From Candidatus Aenigmatarchaeota archaeon (lineage in GTDB: Archaea > Aenigmatarchaeota > Aenigmatarchaeia > QMZP01), in NCBI GenBank assembly GCA_016185435.1, contig JACPNN010000013.1:3396-67395 (forward strand): DNA of 64,000 nt. The letters run 5' to 3'. Each line of letters starts with the position of its first letter. Position 1 is the stretch's first letter. Of the stretch, positions 19,539 through 28,982 are shown piece after piece. Made by a program: the position numbers and the translations under genes. The notes below the pieces were generated by a model. It worked only from the letters and a program-made list of their open reading frames with translations, searched no databases and had not been told where the DNA came from.

Positions 19539-20819
19539 ATGGAAGGCATTGGAGAAAGCAGCCTTTTTGAATCCAAAGATAGAAAATTGTTGCCGCTTTT
19601 TCTCCTTTCCCTCGTCCTGATATCAGTCATAGTCGGCAACTTTTTCTCAACATTTTTCACAACTCTGATATCTGTTTTCGTGCTTTCCCTTATCTACTCC
19701 GCCATAAAAATCAGGGCCCTCAACCATGATTTGTTCATGAAATTCAAGGAAACATGCTACATACTGGCCTTTTCGCTTCTGACCACGCTGATTTTTGCTG
19801 TCGTCTTTCCCTTCATAATTTTCCATGATTCGTTCTCTAGCATTTATGTTATCAATTTTATCTATGGCCTCCCTGTAGTCTTTGTTTTCTTTTTCTGCCT
19901 CTACTTTTTCGGGAGCCTTCTGAAAGAAGAATGGATAGAATATGGCTATTTTGCCAGAAACTCGCTTCTTCTATCAGTTATTCTGGCTGTGATTTCATTT
20001 ATTCTGGCTGTCTGGGTGATGAACTATATTTTTGAATCGCAGACATCAATGTTTTATGAAACGTATGGTCACATCGCCAAACAACAGGAAGAGACGACTA
20101 ACTTGTATCATGAAGGCCAGGTATTCGTAGAAATCAATGAATATCATGACAACTTTTTGGAAGAAGCTAAAATGCAGATGGAAAGGACAGAGGCTTTTGA
20201 GTCGGAAAGAGGGGCTTGTGTGCTGAAAGAGTGCGAAAAAGTTGTAATAGATAACATTTATAACTCGATTGTTTTTGCGGTGACTTCGCACTCTATCGAA
20301 ACGTCATTGGGGATAGCAAACAATGAAACGGCATACATAGAATCCGAACTGTTCAAAGAAAACTTCACCTCCCTTGAGGAATATCTTGGCTTCCTTAAGG
20401 AAAACGTCGAATACCTGAGCTTTAATTTAACACCGATGAGCAATGATGAAAGAGAAGATCTGAGGCTTCTTGAGTCTGATTTCTCATATAATGAGGGGAG
20501 GAAGCTATACGAAAAATATATCTTATCCAATAAAGGAGAAATTTTTTTTAACTTATTCCCCGAGCCAGATTCAATATTTTCCAGAAGCCTGTTCTATGTG
20601 GCTGAACATTCAGCATTTCAGAAGCACTTAATAAGAACAGCAGCGAAAACTCAGATTTATCTGCAGCGAATCAGCATAAATGAGGAGCTGCCAGCTAAAT
20701 TATATAATGGCAGATATGCAAACGAGTCGATAGAAAGCAAAATAATACGGTACAAAATTCTCAAGTACTGGATAGAACGGTTTATACAAGCAAGGGAAAG
20801 CGAAGAACAAAATGGCTAA
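19539..20819 (+). CDS. Hypothetical membrane protein
   Basis: About 5 N-terminal TM helices plus a soluble domain; AT-rich. Confidence 0.7.
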   Translation: MEGIGESSLFESKDRKLLPLFLLSLVLISVIVGNFFSTFFTTLISVFVLSLIYSAIKIRALNHDLFMKFKETCYILAFSLLTTLIFAVVFPFIIFHDSFSSIYVINFIYGLPVVFVFFFCLYFFGSLLKEEWIEYGYFARNSLLLSVILAVISFILAVWVMNYIFESQTSMFYETYGHIAKQQEETTNLYHEGQVFVEINEYHDNFLEEAKMQMERTEAFESERGACVLKECEKVVIDNIYNSIVFAVTSHSIETSLGIANNETAYIESELFKENFTSLEEYLGFLKENVEYLSFNLTPMSNDEREDLRLLESDFSYNEGRKLYEKYILSNKGEIFFNLFPEPDSIFSRSLFYVAEHSAFQKHLIRTAAKTQIYLQRISINEELPAKLYNGRYANESIESKIIRYKILKYWIERFIQARESEEQNG

Positions 20820-21841
20820 CCAAAAAACCTCCCCAGTCCCGAATGCTCTTTCTTATTCGAGGCCTTCAGCATTTCTATAACCTTAGCCACTCTCTCCTCT
20901 GAAAAGCCGTGCTCTGAGACCATTATTTGTTTTAGTTTTTCAGGATCCAATTCTGCTTTTGGAATTTCCATTTCTTCGACCGGCGGATTCTTGAAAAAAT
21001 CAAATATTTCTTCAGGAGTGATTTCAAAGGGCCACTCAACCTGCTTTACCACATTTTCCAGTGTTTTGAATTCCTTCACAAACGCAAGGGCTTTTTTCGG
21101 CCCTATCCCCTTTATCCCCTCAGGATTGTAATCAGTCCCCACAAGGATTCCTAATATTATAAGCTGATCCTGGCTGATCCCAAGATTTTTCAGGGCTTCC
21201 TCCAGTTCGATGAGTTCAGGGGAAACATCAGTGTATTTTTCCTTATTGGCGACCTTTCTCTTCCCTGATATGGCCAGGTTTTTCAGCATCCTCGGTGCTC
21301 CGAAAAGCAGGCTGTCCCAGTCCTGGCTGGCAGAGGCGTATACTGTCCCTTTTTTGGCCATATAGGCTGCCTGCGCCTCGCCTTCTGACTTGGCCTGCAC
21401 ATATGATATTCCCATGGCCCCCAAAAGCTCTTTGGATTGCCCGATCATTTCACCCGTAAGCCTTGCGGACCTCGTGGCAGCCTTCCTCGCCTCCTCAAAC
21501 CTTCCGGCCTGCAGGTGCGAGATCCACTGCTCTTCAGCTTCCTTCCTCGCCTTTTTCCTCTCCTCGACTGTCTTGGCCTTAAAAGCAGGCGGCTCCCCAT
21601 CAAACACAAATACCGGCCTTATCCCAAACCCGACAAGTTTGCTTGTCCTGTATAAGAGGCCTGAAAGGTGGCTTGTGATGCGGCCTTCAGAATCCTTCAA
21701 TTGCTCCCCTGTCATCCTGTCCCTGATAATGCTGAGAAACTGGTACAGTGTATTGAAGGCATCAATGGCTATCGTTTTCCCTGCAAGGTCCTCGAAGGAT
21801 ATCTGCTTCGGCTCAATGAGGCTCGTGAGCTGGACTCCCAT
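20816..21841 (-). CDS. fen: Flap endonuclease 1
   Basis: IDAFNTLYQFL, FVFDG, EGEAQAA, SQDWDSLLFG, GTDYN and C-terminal PIP-like SGLGRFF. Confidence 0.97.
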   Translation of the reverse strand: MGVQLTSLIEPKQISFEDLAGKTIAIDAFNTLYQFLSIIRDRMTGEQLKDSEGRITSHLSGLLYRTSKLVGFGIRPVFVFDGEPPAFKAKTVEERKKARKEAEEQWISHLQAGRFEEARKAATRSARLTGEMIGQSKELLGAMGISYVQAKSEGEAQAAYMAKKGTVYASASQDWDSLLFGAPRMLKNLAISGKRKVANKEKYTDVSPELIELEEALKNLGISQDQLIILGILVGTDYNPEGIKGIGPKKALAFVKEFKTLENVVKQVEWPFEITPEEIFDFFKNPPVEEMEIPKAELDPEKLKQIMVSEHGFSEERVAKVIEMLKASNKKEHSGLGRFFG

Positions 21842-21922
21842 TGTTATAATTGGACTTGAAATTTAAATCGGATATTTGTCGGAAAGTTTCAATCTTTTTA
21901 AGAAAGGAAGCAAATAATATCC

Positions 21923-22094
21923 ATGAAATTCAGGGAATGGCTAAGCAAGCTTGGAATCTTCAGGTCAGGGACACGGGGCCAAGGTCTACACAAGCGGAAA
22001 GGACATGCCCATAGAATTTGTTTCTTCCGGTGTTTTCAACAGGGAAAAGGACATCATGTTCGACCTCGACAAGAGGAAAGCGAAGAAAAAGTGA
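21923..22094 (+). pseudogene. Small basic protein apparently frameshifted in a GGGG run
   Basis: Removing one G gives MKFREWLSKLGIFRSGTRAKVYTSGKDMPIEFVSSGVFNREKDIMFDLDKRKAKKK*. Confidence 0.4.
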
Positions 22095-22194
22095 CAAGGA
22101 TGCCTGCCCTGGCTGATGATATTTTTCAGGAAATGGTCAATGAGTGAAGGGATTTCCACTTAAACATATTTTGCTATCTTTGTCCTAAGAATCA

Positions 22195-22971
22195 TCATAT
22201 GATAGAAAGCAATAAACCTAGAAACAGTAAACTCATAATATTTGCAACAGTACTGAAGAAAAACGCGTCCTTTATTGTCAATGTTTTTTTATTCAGAAGA
22301 TAGATTATCAAGGTCTCTATTATAGCAAAAGCTAGGAAAACTATCGGAATTGACAGCCATGAGAGAAGGAGAAATACAGGCACAAACATGAGAGTTGCGA
22401 GAACTACCGTGAAGCATACTTTTTTCTGCCTCATCTTTTTTGCATAGAAAAATGCTATGAGCATCTGTGAGATAAAAATTAACCAAAAATAACCTACTGA
22501 CTGCCTGAATTCATCTGTTTGCAATAGTGGAGTCGTTTCTTTTACAGTTGATGTTCCATCAGGATTGAAATTTATTTCCAGTTTGGTATACCTTTTTTTG
22601 GTCTCTAATGTATCGGTGACGAGAGTTTTTTCAATATGTGTACTGTAAACTGCAACTCTATATTGTCCGGATAGCCTTGATAAACCGCAATGACTGCTAG
22701 TGCAATCGATTTCCTCTCCAAGCGGCTGCCAATAGCAATTTCTTTCAGGATCAAAAAGCGAGAAGTTTGTAAAGTGCGGCCTTTGCAAATTATCTTCTAT
22801 TGTGAGCAGCTGTCTATAGCATATCAGTTGAATTGAATAAAAAATAGGATCCTCAATAAGTTTTTCGTCATACATGACTTCAATATCTGCTGTTCGAATA
22901 ACAATTGTGGCTGAAGCAGTGCCTATTGAAAGCAAAATAAAAGCAGCAGCCAAAATCCAGAAACTTTTCAT
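22195..22971 (-). CDS. Hypothetical exported/membrane protein
   Basis: Signal peptide, Cys-containing extracellular domain and 4 C-terminal TM helices. Confidence 0.7.
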   Translation of the reverse strand: MKSFWILAAAFILLSIGTASATIVIRTADIEVMYDEKLIEDPIFYSIQLICYRQLLTIEDNLQRPHFTNFSLFDPERNCYWQPLGEEIDCTSSHCGLSRLSGQYRVAVYSTHIEKTLVTDTLETKKRYTKLEINFNPDGTSTVKETTPLLQTDEFRQSVGYFWLIFISQMLIAFFYAKKMRQKKVCFTVVLATLMFVPVFLLLSWLSIPIVFLAFAIIETLIIYLLNKKTLTIKDAFFFSTVANIMSLLFLGLLLSII

Positions 22972-22994
22972 TGATCAATAATTGCACAGATTGA

Positions 22995-24419
22995 TTAAAA
23001 GCCTTCGAGCATCTCCACCAGCATCCTTACTCCCCAGCCTGTGGCCCCTTTCTTTATATGGAACCTGTCCTTCTCGTACCAGGAAACCCCTGCAATGTCC
23101 AGATGGGCCCATGGGGTTTTCTCCACGAAACTGCCTATGAAGGCCGCTCCTGTTATCACGCCTGCATACTTCCCGTTGTTGTAGGCCAGATTCTTGAGAT
23201 CCGATGTCTCGCCTTTTATCTCCTCCCTGTATTCATCGTACAGGGGCAATTGCCATACCCTCTCATATGTCTTCTGCCCTGCCTCAAATATTTTCCCCGC
23301 TAACTTTTCATCGTTAGATAACAGCGCGGCAACATATTCCCCAAAGCAGACAAGGCAGGCCCCTGTTAAGGTTGCAAGATCTATTATGGCCTTCGGCCTG
23401 TATTCCTTTTCGATGAATGAAATGGCATCCGCCAGCACAAGCCTGCCTTCCGCGTCTGTTGTGTTTATCTCCACTGTCTTGCCGTTGTACGCCCTGAACA
23501 CGTCTCCAGGCTTGTAGGCCCTTGAGCCCACTATGTTCTCGGCCAGCGGCATCACGGCCATGACATTCGCCTTTGAGCCAAGCTCGGCAAGCGTCTTGAT
23601 TGTGGCAAGGACGGCTATGGCTCCTGACTTGTCGTCCCTCATCGTTTCGATAAATCCTGTAGGCTTAAGATTGATTCCGCCGCTGTCGAATGTTATGCCC
23701 TTCCCCACTATCGCTGTCGTTTCATTTGACCTTGGATTTCCTTTGTGCTCAAGGATGACAAGCTTCGGCTCATACTGGCTCCCCCTGCCCACAGCAAGGA
23801 TAAGGTTCATGCCCAGCTTTTCCATTTCCTTCTTTCCGAGAACCCTTATTTTCAGTCCGCTTTCTTTTGCAACCTTCCCTGCCAGCACGGCAATGGCTTC
23901 AGGGTTCATCCTGTCCGCATTATCATTTATCGTGTCTCTGGCAAATGCCACGTTGTCGCAAATAGTTTTTGTTCTCCGGGCAAGATTTTTGATTCTTCTT
24001 TCTGATTTCGAAGAGCAACCGAGAGCAAGCTTTTTTACATGGATCTTTTCGTCTGTCCTGTACTTGTCAAAGGCATAGTCACCAAGGATAAAACCTTCCA
24101 TGGCAGCAGAGGCAAAATCCTCTTCAGAAAGCTTTCCGCAGCTTCTGGAGTGGAGGACGCATGAATCCGCCTTTATCTTTTTCGCCTCCAGGACGGCCAA
24201 AGACGCGGCCCTTCTTATTTTCTCTTTTGTGGCCTCTTTTGCCTTCCCCAGACCCGCCAGAATGTCCGCCCTGAATTCATTTCCAGAGGGCTTGACGAAT
24301 GTTTTTCCGAATTCAGGCGCAAATACAGCCTTCAATCCTTTTTCAAGGGCATCTTCTTCAACAAGAAGGATGACATTAGCGTCTGCTTTCTGTGGTCTTG
24401 ACTGGACTGAGATATCCAT
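22995..24419 (-). CDS. pepA: Leucyl aminopeptidase (M17)
   Basis: VGKGITFDSGG, NTTDAEGRLVLAD, DLATLTGA and WAHLDIAG. Confidence 0.96.
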   Translation of the reverse strand: MDISVQSRPQKADANVILLVEEDALEKGLKAVFAPEFGKTFVKPSGNEFRADILAGLGKAKEATKEKIRRAASLAVLEAKKIKADSCVLHSRSCGKLSEEDFASAAMEGFILGDYAFDKYRTDEKIHVKKLALGCSSKSERRIKNLARRTKTICDNVAFARDTINDNADRMNPEAIAVLAGKVAKESGLKIRVLGKKEMEKLGMNLILAVGRGSQYEPKLVILEHKGNPRSNETTAIVGKGITFDSGGINLKPTGFIETMRDDKSGAIAVLATIKTLAELGSKANVMAVMPLAENIVGSRAYKPGDVFRAYNGKTVEINTTDAEGRLVLADAISFIEKEYRPKAIIDLATLTGACLVCFGEYVAALLSNDEKLAGKIFEAGQKTYERVWQLPLYDEYREEIKGETSDLKNLAYNNGKYAGVITGAAFIGSFVEKTPWAHLDIAGVSWYEKDRFHIKKGATGWGVRMLVEMLEGF

Positions 24420-24529
24420 ATATGATTATTGTCAGTTCCGGAATAATAAATCCGATTATTTCTGATGTCATGTCACCGTCAACAATAAATAGTTTCATGC
24501 ACAACCTTAAGATAGAGTCGGTGCTTTCC

Positions 24530-25174
24530 ATGCTCAAGCGGATAGGCGACATAATATTGATTCAGCTCTCTTCGAGCGACTCCAATATCTATCTGATAGG
24601 CGACACGGCCATTGATTCTGGAACCGGGTTCAATTTCACAAGGCTGAGGGACATACTGCGGATTCTCAAGAGGGACCTCAAGGATTTCAGGCAGGTCATA
24701 CTTACCCATGCGCATTTCGATCACATAGGCGGCCATGGCTTCTTTCTGGAGGCGAAAGCATCAGTGCACATGGATGATGCAGGCGTGCTGGAAAGAGGGG
24801 ACTCAGAAGCTGCAATCGCTGATTTCTTTGACGGCTCCCTGAAGGCCAGGAAGCCTGATATCCTTCTGAAGGGAGGAGAGAAGATAAAGGCCGGCAATAT
24901 GGAGCTGGAAGTGATTCATACGCCGGGCCACACCCCGGGCAGCATTTGCCTATATGATGCGAAGAGTGCTACTCTTTTTTCAGGAGATATTATATTTGCC
25001 AATAGTGTAGGAAGGACAGACACGCCAGGAGGCGACGCGAATGCATTTGCCGCCAGCATGGAAAAGCTCAGGAAGCTGAAAATAGAAAGGCTCCTGCCAG
25101 GCCACGGAGATCCTGTCCTTTCAGGGGCAAAGAAGGTGCTTGAGGCCAAGCTGGAAGAGACTGAGTATATGTGA
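24530..25174 (+). CDS. MBL-fold metallo-hydrolase (glyoxalase II-like)
   Basis: THAHFDHIGG, HTPGHTPG and PGHG. Confidence 0.92.
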   Translation: MLKRIGDIILIQLSSSDSNIYLIGDTAIDSGTGFNFTRLRDILRILKRDLKDFRQVILTHAHFDHIGGHGFFLEAKASVHMDDAGVLERGDSEAAIADFFDGSLKARKPDILLKGGEKIKAGNMELEVIHTPGHTPGSICLYDAKSATLFSGDIIFANSVGRTDTPGGDANAFAASMEKLRKLKIERLLPGHGDPVLSGAKKVLEAKLEETEYM

Positions 25175-25284
25175 GTTCCCAATTCTTATAGTGACAGCAA
25201 AATTCATATATTGAAAATCATTTAAATAGTTTACTGTTCAGTAGTGTCAGATTTATAAGCCTTTGCCGCTATAATACCAGAATT

Positions 25285-25749
25285 ATGGCACTTAAATTTT
25301 TGTCTGTTGGGCAGGCACAGGCCGTTGGATACTTACTTCATGCCCTGCAGAGAAGGGGAGAAGAGTTATTGGATGATGGCAGGGCAGGGCAGCTTGCCGA
25401 TTATTATGCTGAAACGCATGGGGATTTGCCATTAGGGGCGGCAATTGCATATCTCAGGAATCCGACAGGCAAATACCGTGATGTTCAGCAGCAGCTTTAT
25501 GTGCAATTTGGCCTTCTCGGAAGCCCTGGAAGCGATTCGACTGGACGTGTGGAGATAATCGCTAATCGCTTCCCGGCTACTGACCGCTCAGGAGATTCCG
25601 AATCTCGCATAGAAACTGTATTTTTTGACTTCCATCCTGAAGGAGTTCAGCCTTATTCACCATATCCTGTTATAAGAGCCATTGATACAATGGAGCCGAT
25701 AGCGCCAATATCCGACCCCAGAAGGGATCTGATAGAATCAAGGAGCTAG
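25285..25749 (+). CDS. Hypothetical protein
   Basis: 154-aa ORF with TTTATAA about 25-30 nt upstream. Confidence 0.6.
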   Translation: MALKFLSVGQAQAVGYLLHALQRRGEELLDDGRAGQLADYYAETHGDLPLGAAIAYLRNPTGKYRDVQQQLYVQFGLLGSPGSDSTGRVEIIANRFPATDRSGDSESRIETVFFDFHPEGVQPYSPYPVIRAIDTMEPIAPISDPRRDLIESRS

Positions 25750-25919
25750 CTCCTCATCCGCACAAAACTTCACCTACAGCTATTGATCTGCTTGAATTTT
25801 TTGTAGAAATCCTTTTAGACGCTTAATCTTAGGAGGTCACTCATTTTTATAGGATTTCAACGGAGCTAAGAAGTCTAACTGTTATCCCACAACACAGTCT
25901 CAGAATAAGCGTATAAGGA

Positions 25920-26585
25920 ATGGAATTAACTTCTGTGATGATCATCGGCATCGACAGTGCAGAAAATATGACCTATACGGGAATCATTTCCGGCAGCTTG
26001 GCCGATATTTACAGTATCTACGAGAGATTTGCCGGCATCTTCCAAAAGCGTGGGGTCAACCCTCCATTCCACTGGAGGAAAATATCAAGAAAGGTCAAGG
26101 ACTCCTCCATGAAGGTGATTATTGAAGCAATCAACAGCAGCAGGCTGAAAATCAATGTATTCGAACACAAAAGGCTTCCAAATGCTGAAAGAAAAGTTGT
26201 CTTCTATGAATTATTGCCTCAGCACATTTGCTTGCGGCTGCTCCCATGGACAAAGGAGTTGACAGGAAATCTTACGATTGAGGTCGATGATGATTACAGG
26301 ATTAAAGGAAAATTCAATATAACCAAGGCCTTTGCAAAATCTCTTGTGGAAAATATGTGCTTTCAGTTGATTGGGATGAGGGTGGATTCAAGAGATGAAA
26401 GCGACACGATAAAAGCGACTATAAAGCTGAAGAAAGGCATACTGAACATTTATGGAAAGGTTATGAGGTCAGATAACTCAAAAGCAATTCAAATGGTGGA
26501 TATCATCCTTGGTTATTTTATACACTATCAGTGCAGAGATTTCAGCAGAAGCCACGTTCATCATTGGAAGATTTTCAAAAATTAA
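25920..26585 (+). CDS. DUF3800-like (RNase H-fold) protein
   Basis: N-terminal IIGIDSAE, FHWRK and C-terminal SKAIQMVD (QxxD); start may be 25938. Confidence 0.65.
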   Translation: MELTSVMIIGIDSAENMTYTGIISGSLADIYSIYERFAGIFQKRGVNPPFHWRKISRKVKDSSMKVIIEAINSSRLKINVFEHKRLPNAERKVVFYELLPQHICLRLLPWTKELTGNLTIEVDDDYRIKGKFNITKAFAKSLVENMCFQLIGMRVDSRDESDTIKATIKLKKGILNIYGKVMRSDNSKAIQMVDIILGYFIHYQCRDFSRSHVHHWKIFKN

Positions 26586-26587
26586 AA

Positions 26588-26670
26588 ATGACTCCCACCA
26601 CTGTGGTAGGAGGGCGAGTTTTCAAACACCCATAAGGCCACGACCCATAGGGCTCATACCTTAAGAGCTA
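26588..26670 (+). ncRNA. Candidate structured RNA downstream of the DUF3800-like gene
   Basis: GC-richer island with hairpin ctcc-c-acca...tggt-a-ggag and possible closing stem atga..ccc/ggg..tcat; strand uncertain. Confidence 0.4.
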
Positions 26671-26738
26671 AACTCTAATATATATTCTGCACATCATCTT
26701 TATAAAAGGAAATGTATACTAGAAAATATATATTAGTT

Positions 26739-27776
26739 TCACTTTTTGGGTTTTTCCTCGTCCAGAAGCCCGAGGAAATTCCTTGGCTTCCTTGCCTTCC
26801 AGCTGCCTGTGTGGTAGGCATAAGAGGCCAGAAGAGGAAGGAGGGTTGTCGCCTCGCCGAAGACCATCTGCTCATGGGTCGTGCTGACTTTGCCCCAAGA
26901 GCTGGCCTCCTTGAGGGTTGAGGAGGAACAAGCTCCATCCCTCACATCAGCGACAGTGAGCTGTACCGCATACTTATGGACAGGCGACTGGTGGCCAAGG
27001 ACTTCAGCGCATACCACTGTGTCCTGGGCGAAGTTCTTTGGAACCCCTCCGCCTATCATCAATAAGCCTGTGTCCCCGCTTGCTATTTTCAGCCGGGTAA
27101 GCTCCCTGAAGTCCTTCACAGAATCTATTGAGAGGTGCTTCTCAGGATGGCGGGTCTGGTGGAGCACGAGGCCGAAGCCGGCTGAAGAGTCGGAAAAGGC
27201 CGGGCAAAAGATTGGAACATTGTTCTCATATGCCACCTGCACCAGAGAGCCCTGCTTCTTGGCATGCTTTACAAGATGCCTGCCCATGGCCGCGATGAAC
27301 TCGCGGGAGGAATATGGCCTCGGCTCAAGCTTTTCGGCAATTGAGGCTATGACCTGGTCGCATGCCTGGAGCTGCTCCTCATCGATATATGTGTCATATA
27401 TCCTGTCTATATAGAGCTTGCGCAGCATGCCGTCATCCGCCTCGGGCGTCCCCTGATAATGCCTGAAACCGAGGGCCTCGAAGAAATCCATGTCCACTAT
27501 GGAGGCGCCTGTGGCGACTATGACATCCACCATCCTGTTCGCCACAAGGTCTGAATAAATCTGCATGCAGCCTGCAGAGCTTGTGCTCCCGGCAAGGGTG
27601 AGCCAGACAGAGCAGTTCCTGTCGGCAAGCATCATGCCGTAAATCTTCGCAGCCCGGGCGAGATTCCTTGCCTGGAAGGACATCTTCCCGTAGGCATTGA
27701 TAATACTGGTAGAATTGAATTTCTTGATATCGATATGCTCCACAGCTTCCTTAAGGAAATCCTTTTTCTCAGGCAT
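26739..27776 (-). CDS. Deoxyhypusine synthase / DHS-like homospermidine synthase
   Basis: IDRIYD, PIFCPAFSDSS, GGGVPKNF and EASSWGK. Confidence 0.92.
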   Translation of the reverse strand: MPEKKDFLKEAVEHIDIKKFNSTSIINAYGKMSFQARNLARAAKIYGMMLADRNCSVWLTLAGSTSSAGCMQIYSDLVANRMVDVIVATGASIVDMDFFEALGFRHYQGTPEADDGMLRKLYIDRIYDTYIDEEQLQACDQVIASIAEKLEPRPYSSREFIAAMGRHLVKHAKKQGSLVQVAYENNVPIFCPAFSDSSAGFGLVLHQTRHPEKHLSIDSVKDFRELTRLKIASGDTGLLMIGGGVPKNFAQDTVVCAEVLGHQSPVHKYAVQLTVADVRDGACSSSTLKEASSWGKVSTTHEQMVFGEATTLLPLLASYAYHTGSWKARKPRNFLGLLDEEKPKK

Positions 27777-27826
27777 CTGATTTCAGTAAGATATTGTGAA
27801 ATCCATTTAAAAAACTATCAATAAAT

Positions 27827-28912
27827 ATGCATATGCCTGATTTCAGAGGCCGCCTGACGGACGGGAAAATTTTCGGCACATTTCTGGATAATGACAGCAA
27901 TCCTCCACTGGAGAAGTCTGATGCCGGCATATTGGGGGTTGCATTTGATGCCACTGCCTCCTACAGGAAGGGGGCAAGCCTCGGGCCTCATGCGATAATG
28001 CAGGCAAGCCACCAGATAGAATACCCGCCGACTGGCCATATGGAAAAGCTTTCCGAGATGGTAAGGATGCATTTTGCCGGCATCCTCGAGTATCAGGATT
28101 TTGAGAGGCATGAGGATATTGATGCGTCTTCAAAAGCCATGGTCGGGGATGTCAGCTCCCTTTCAGGAAAAATGCTTGCGCAAAAGAAGCTTCTCGCAGT
28201 CTTTGGGGGGGAGCATTCCATCCTGAACGGCCCCCTGAAGGCCATCTGGGGCATACAGAGCCCCAGGGATGTCACAGTCCTGCAGATAGACGCGCACCTC
28301 GATATGAGAGAGTCGTTTGATGGCCTGGAGTACAGCCACGGGAGCGTCATGCGCAACTGCATCGAAGCAGGCTTCAAAACTGTCCATGTGGGCATAAGGG
28401 ACCAGATAAGCGGAAAAAGGGATAGTGGCGGGGAGGCTGAATACATTCTGGAAAAGGGCCTTGGGGACAGGATTTTCTTCTGCGCGACGCAGCCGAAGGC
28501 ATTCTATATGAGAAACACAGGCCTGAAAAAGGCCGGAATTGATCCAGGCAATCTTATCTTCAATGGCATGCTGGATGAGAAAATGCTCAGCAAAATAGGG
28601 GATCTTGTAAAAACAAAATACCTCTGGCTCACGATAGACGTGGACGGCTTCGACCCCTCAGTCTTTCCGGGCACGGGGACTCCGCTGCCCCACGGCCTGC
28701 AGCTTTCAGGCGTGGAAAGCCTTATATACGGCCTTCTGAAGAGCAGGAAGGCAAAGCTTCTGGGCTTCGATATTGTGGAGGTCATGCCCCAGATGCAGTC
28801 AAATGCGAAGGAATATGAGGTGCAGAACACAGTGAGCACAATTACAGAGATGAACGCCGCCCTGCTTGCCTACAAGATCTTCTTCTGGAATTTCATGGGG
28901 AAAGGCAAGTGA
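27827..28912 (+). CDS. speB: Agmatinase (ureohydrolase family)
   Basis: GGEHS, IDAHLD and TIDVDGFDPSVFPGTGTP. Confidence 0.88.
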   Translation: MHMPDFRGRLTDGKIFGTFLDNDSNPPLEKSDAGILGVAFDATASYRKGASLGPHAIMQASHQIEYPPTGHMEKLSEMVRMHFAGILEYQDFERHEDIDASSKAMVGDVSSLSGKMLAQKKLLAVFGGEHSILNGPLKAIWGIQSPRDVTVLQIDAHLDMRESFDGLEYSHGSVMRNCIEAGFKTVHVGIRDQISGKRDSGGEAEYILEKGLGDRIFFCATQPKAFYMRNTGLKKAGIDPGNLIFNGMLDEKMLSKIGDLVKTKYLWLTIDVDGFDPSVFPGTGTPLPHGLQLSGVESLIYGLLKSRKAKLLGFDIVEVMPQMQSNAKEYEVQNTVSTITEMNAALLAYKIFFWNFMGKGK

Positions 28913-28982
28913 ATAGATATTTTCAGGATAAATTGCTGCCCGGCTTTGCCGCCTAATAAATCCCGCCTCCAATTTCTTTTAT

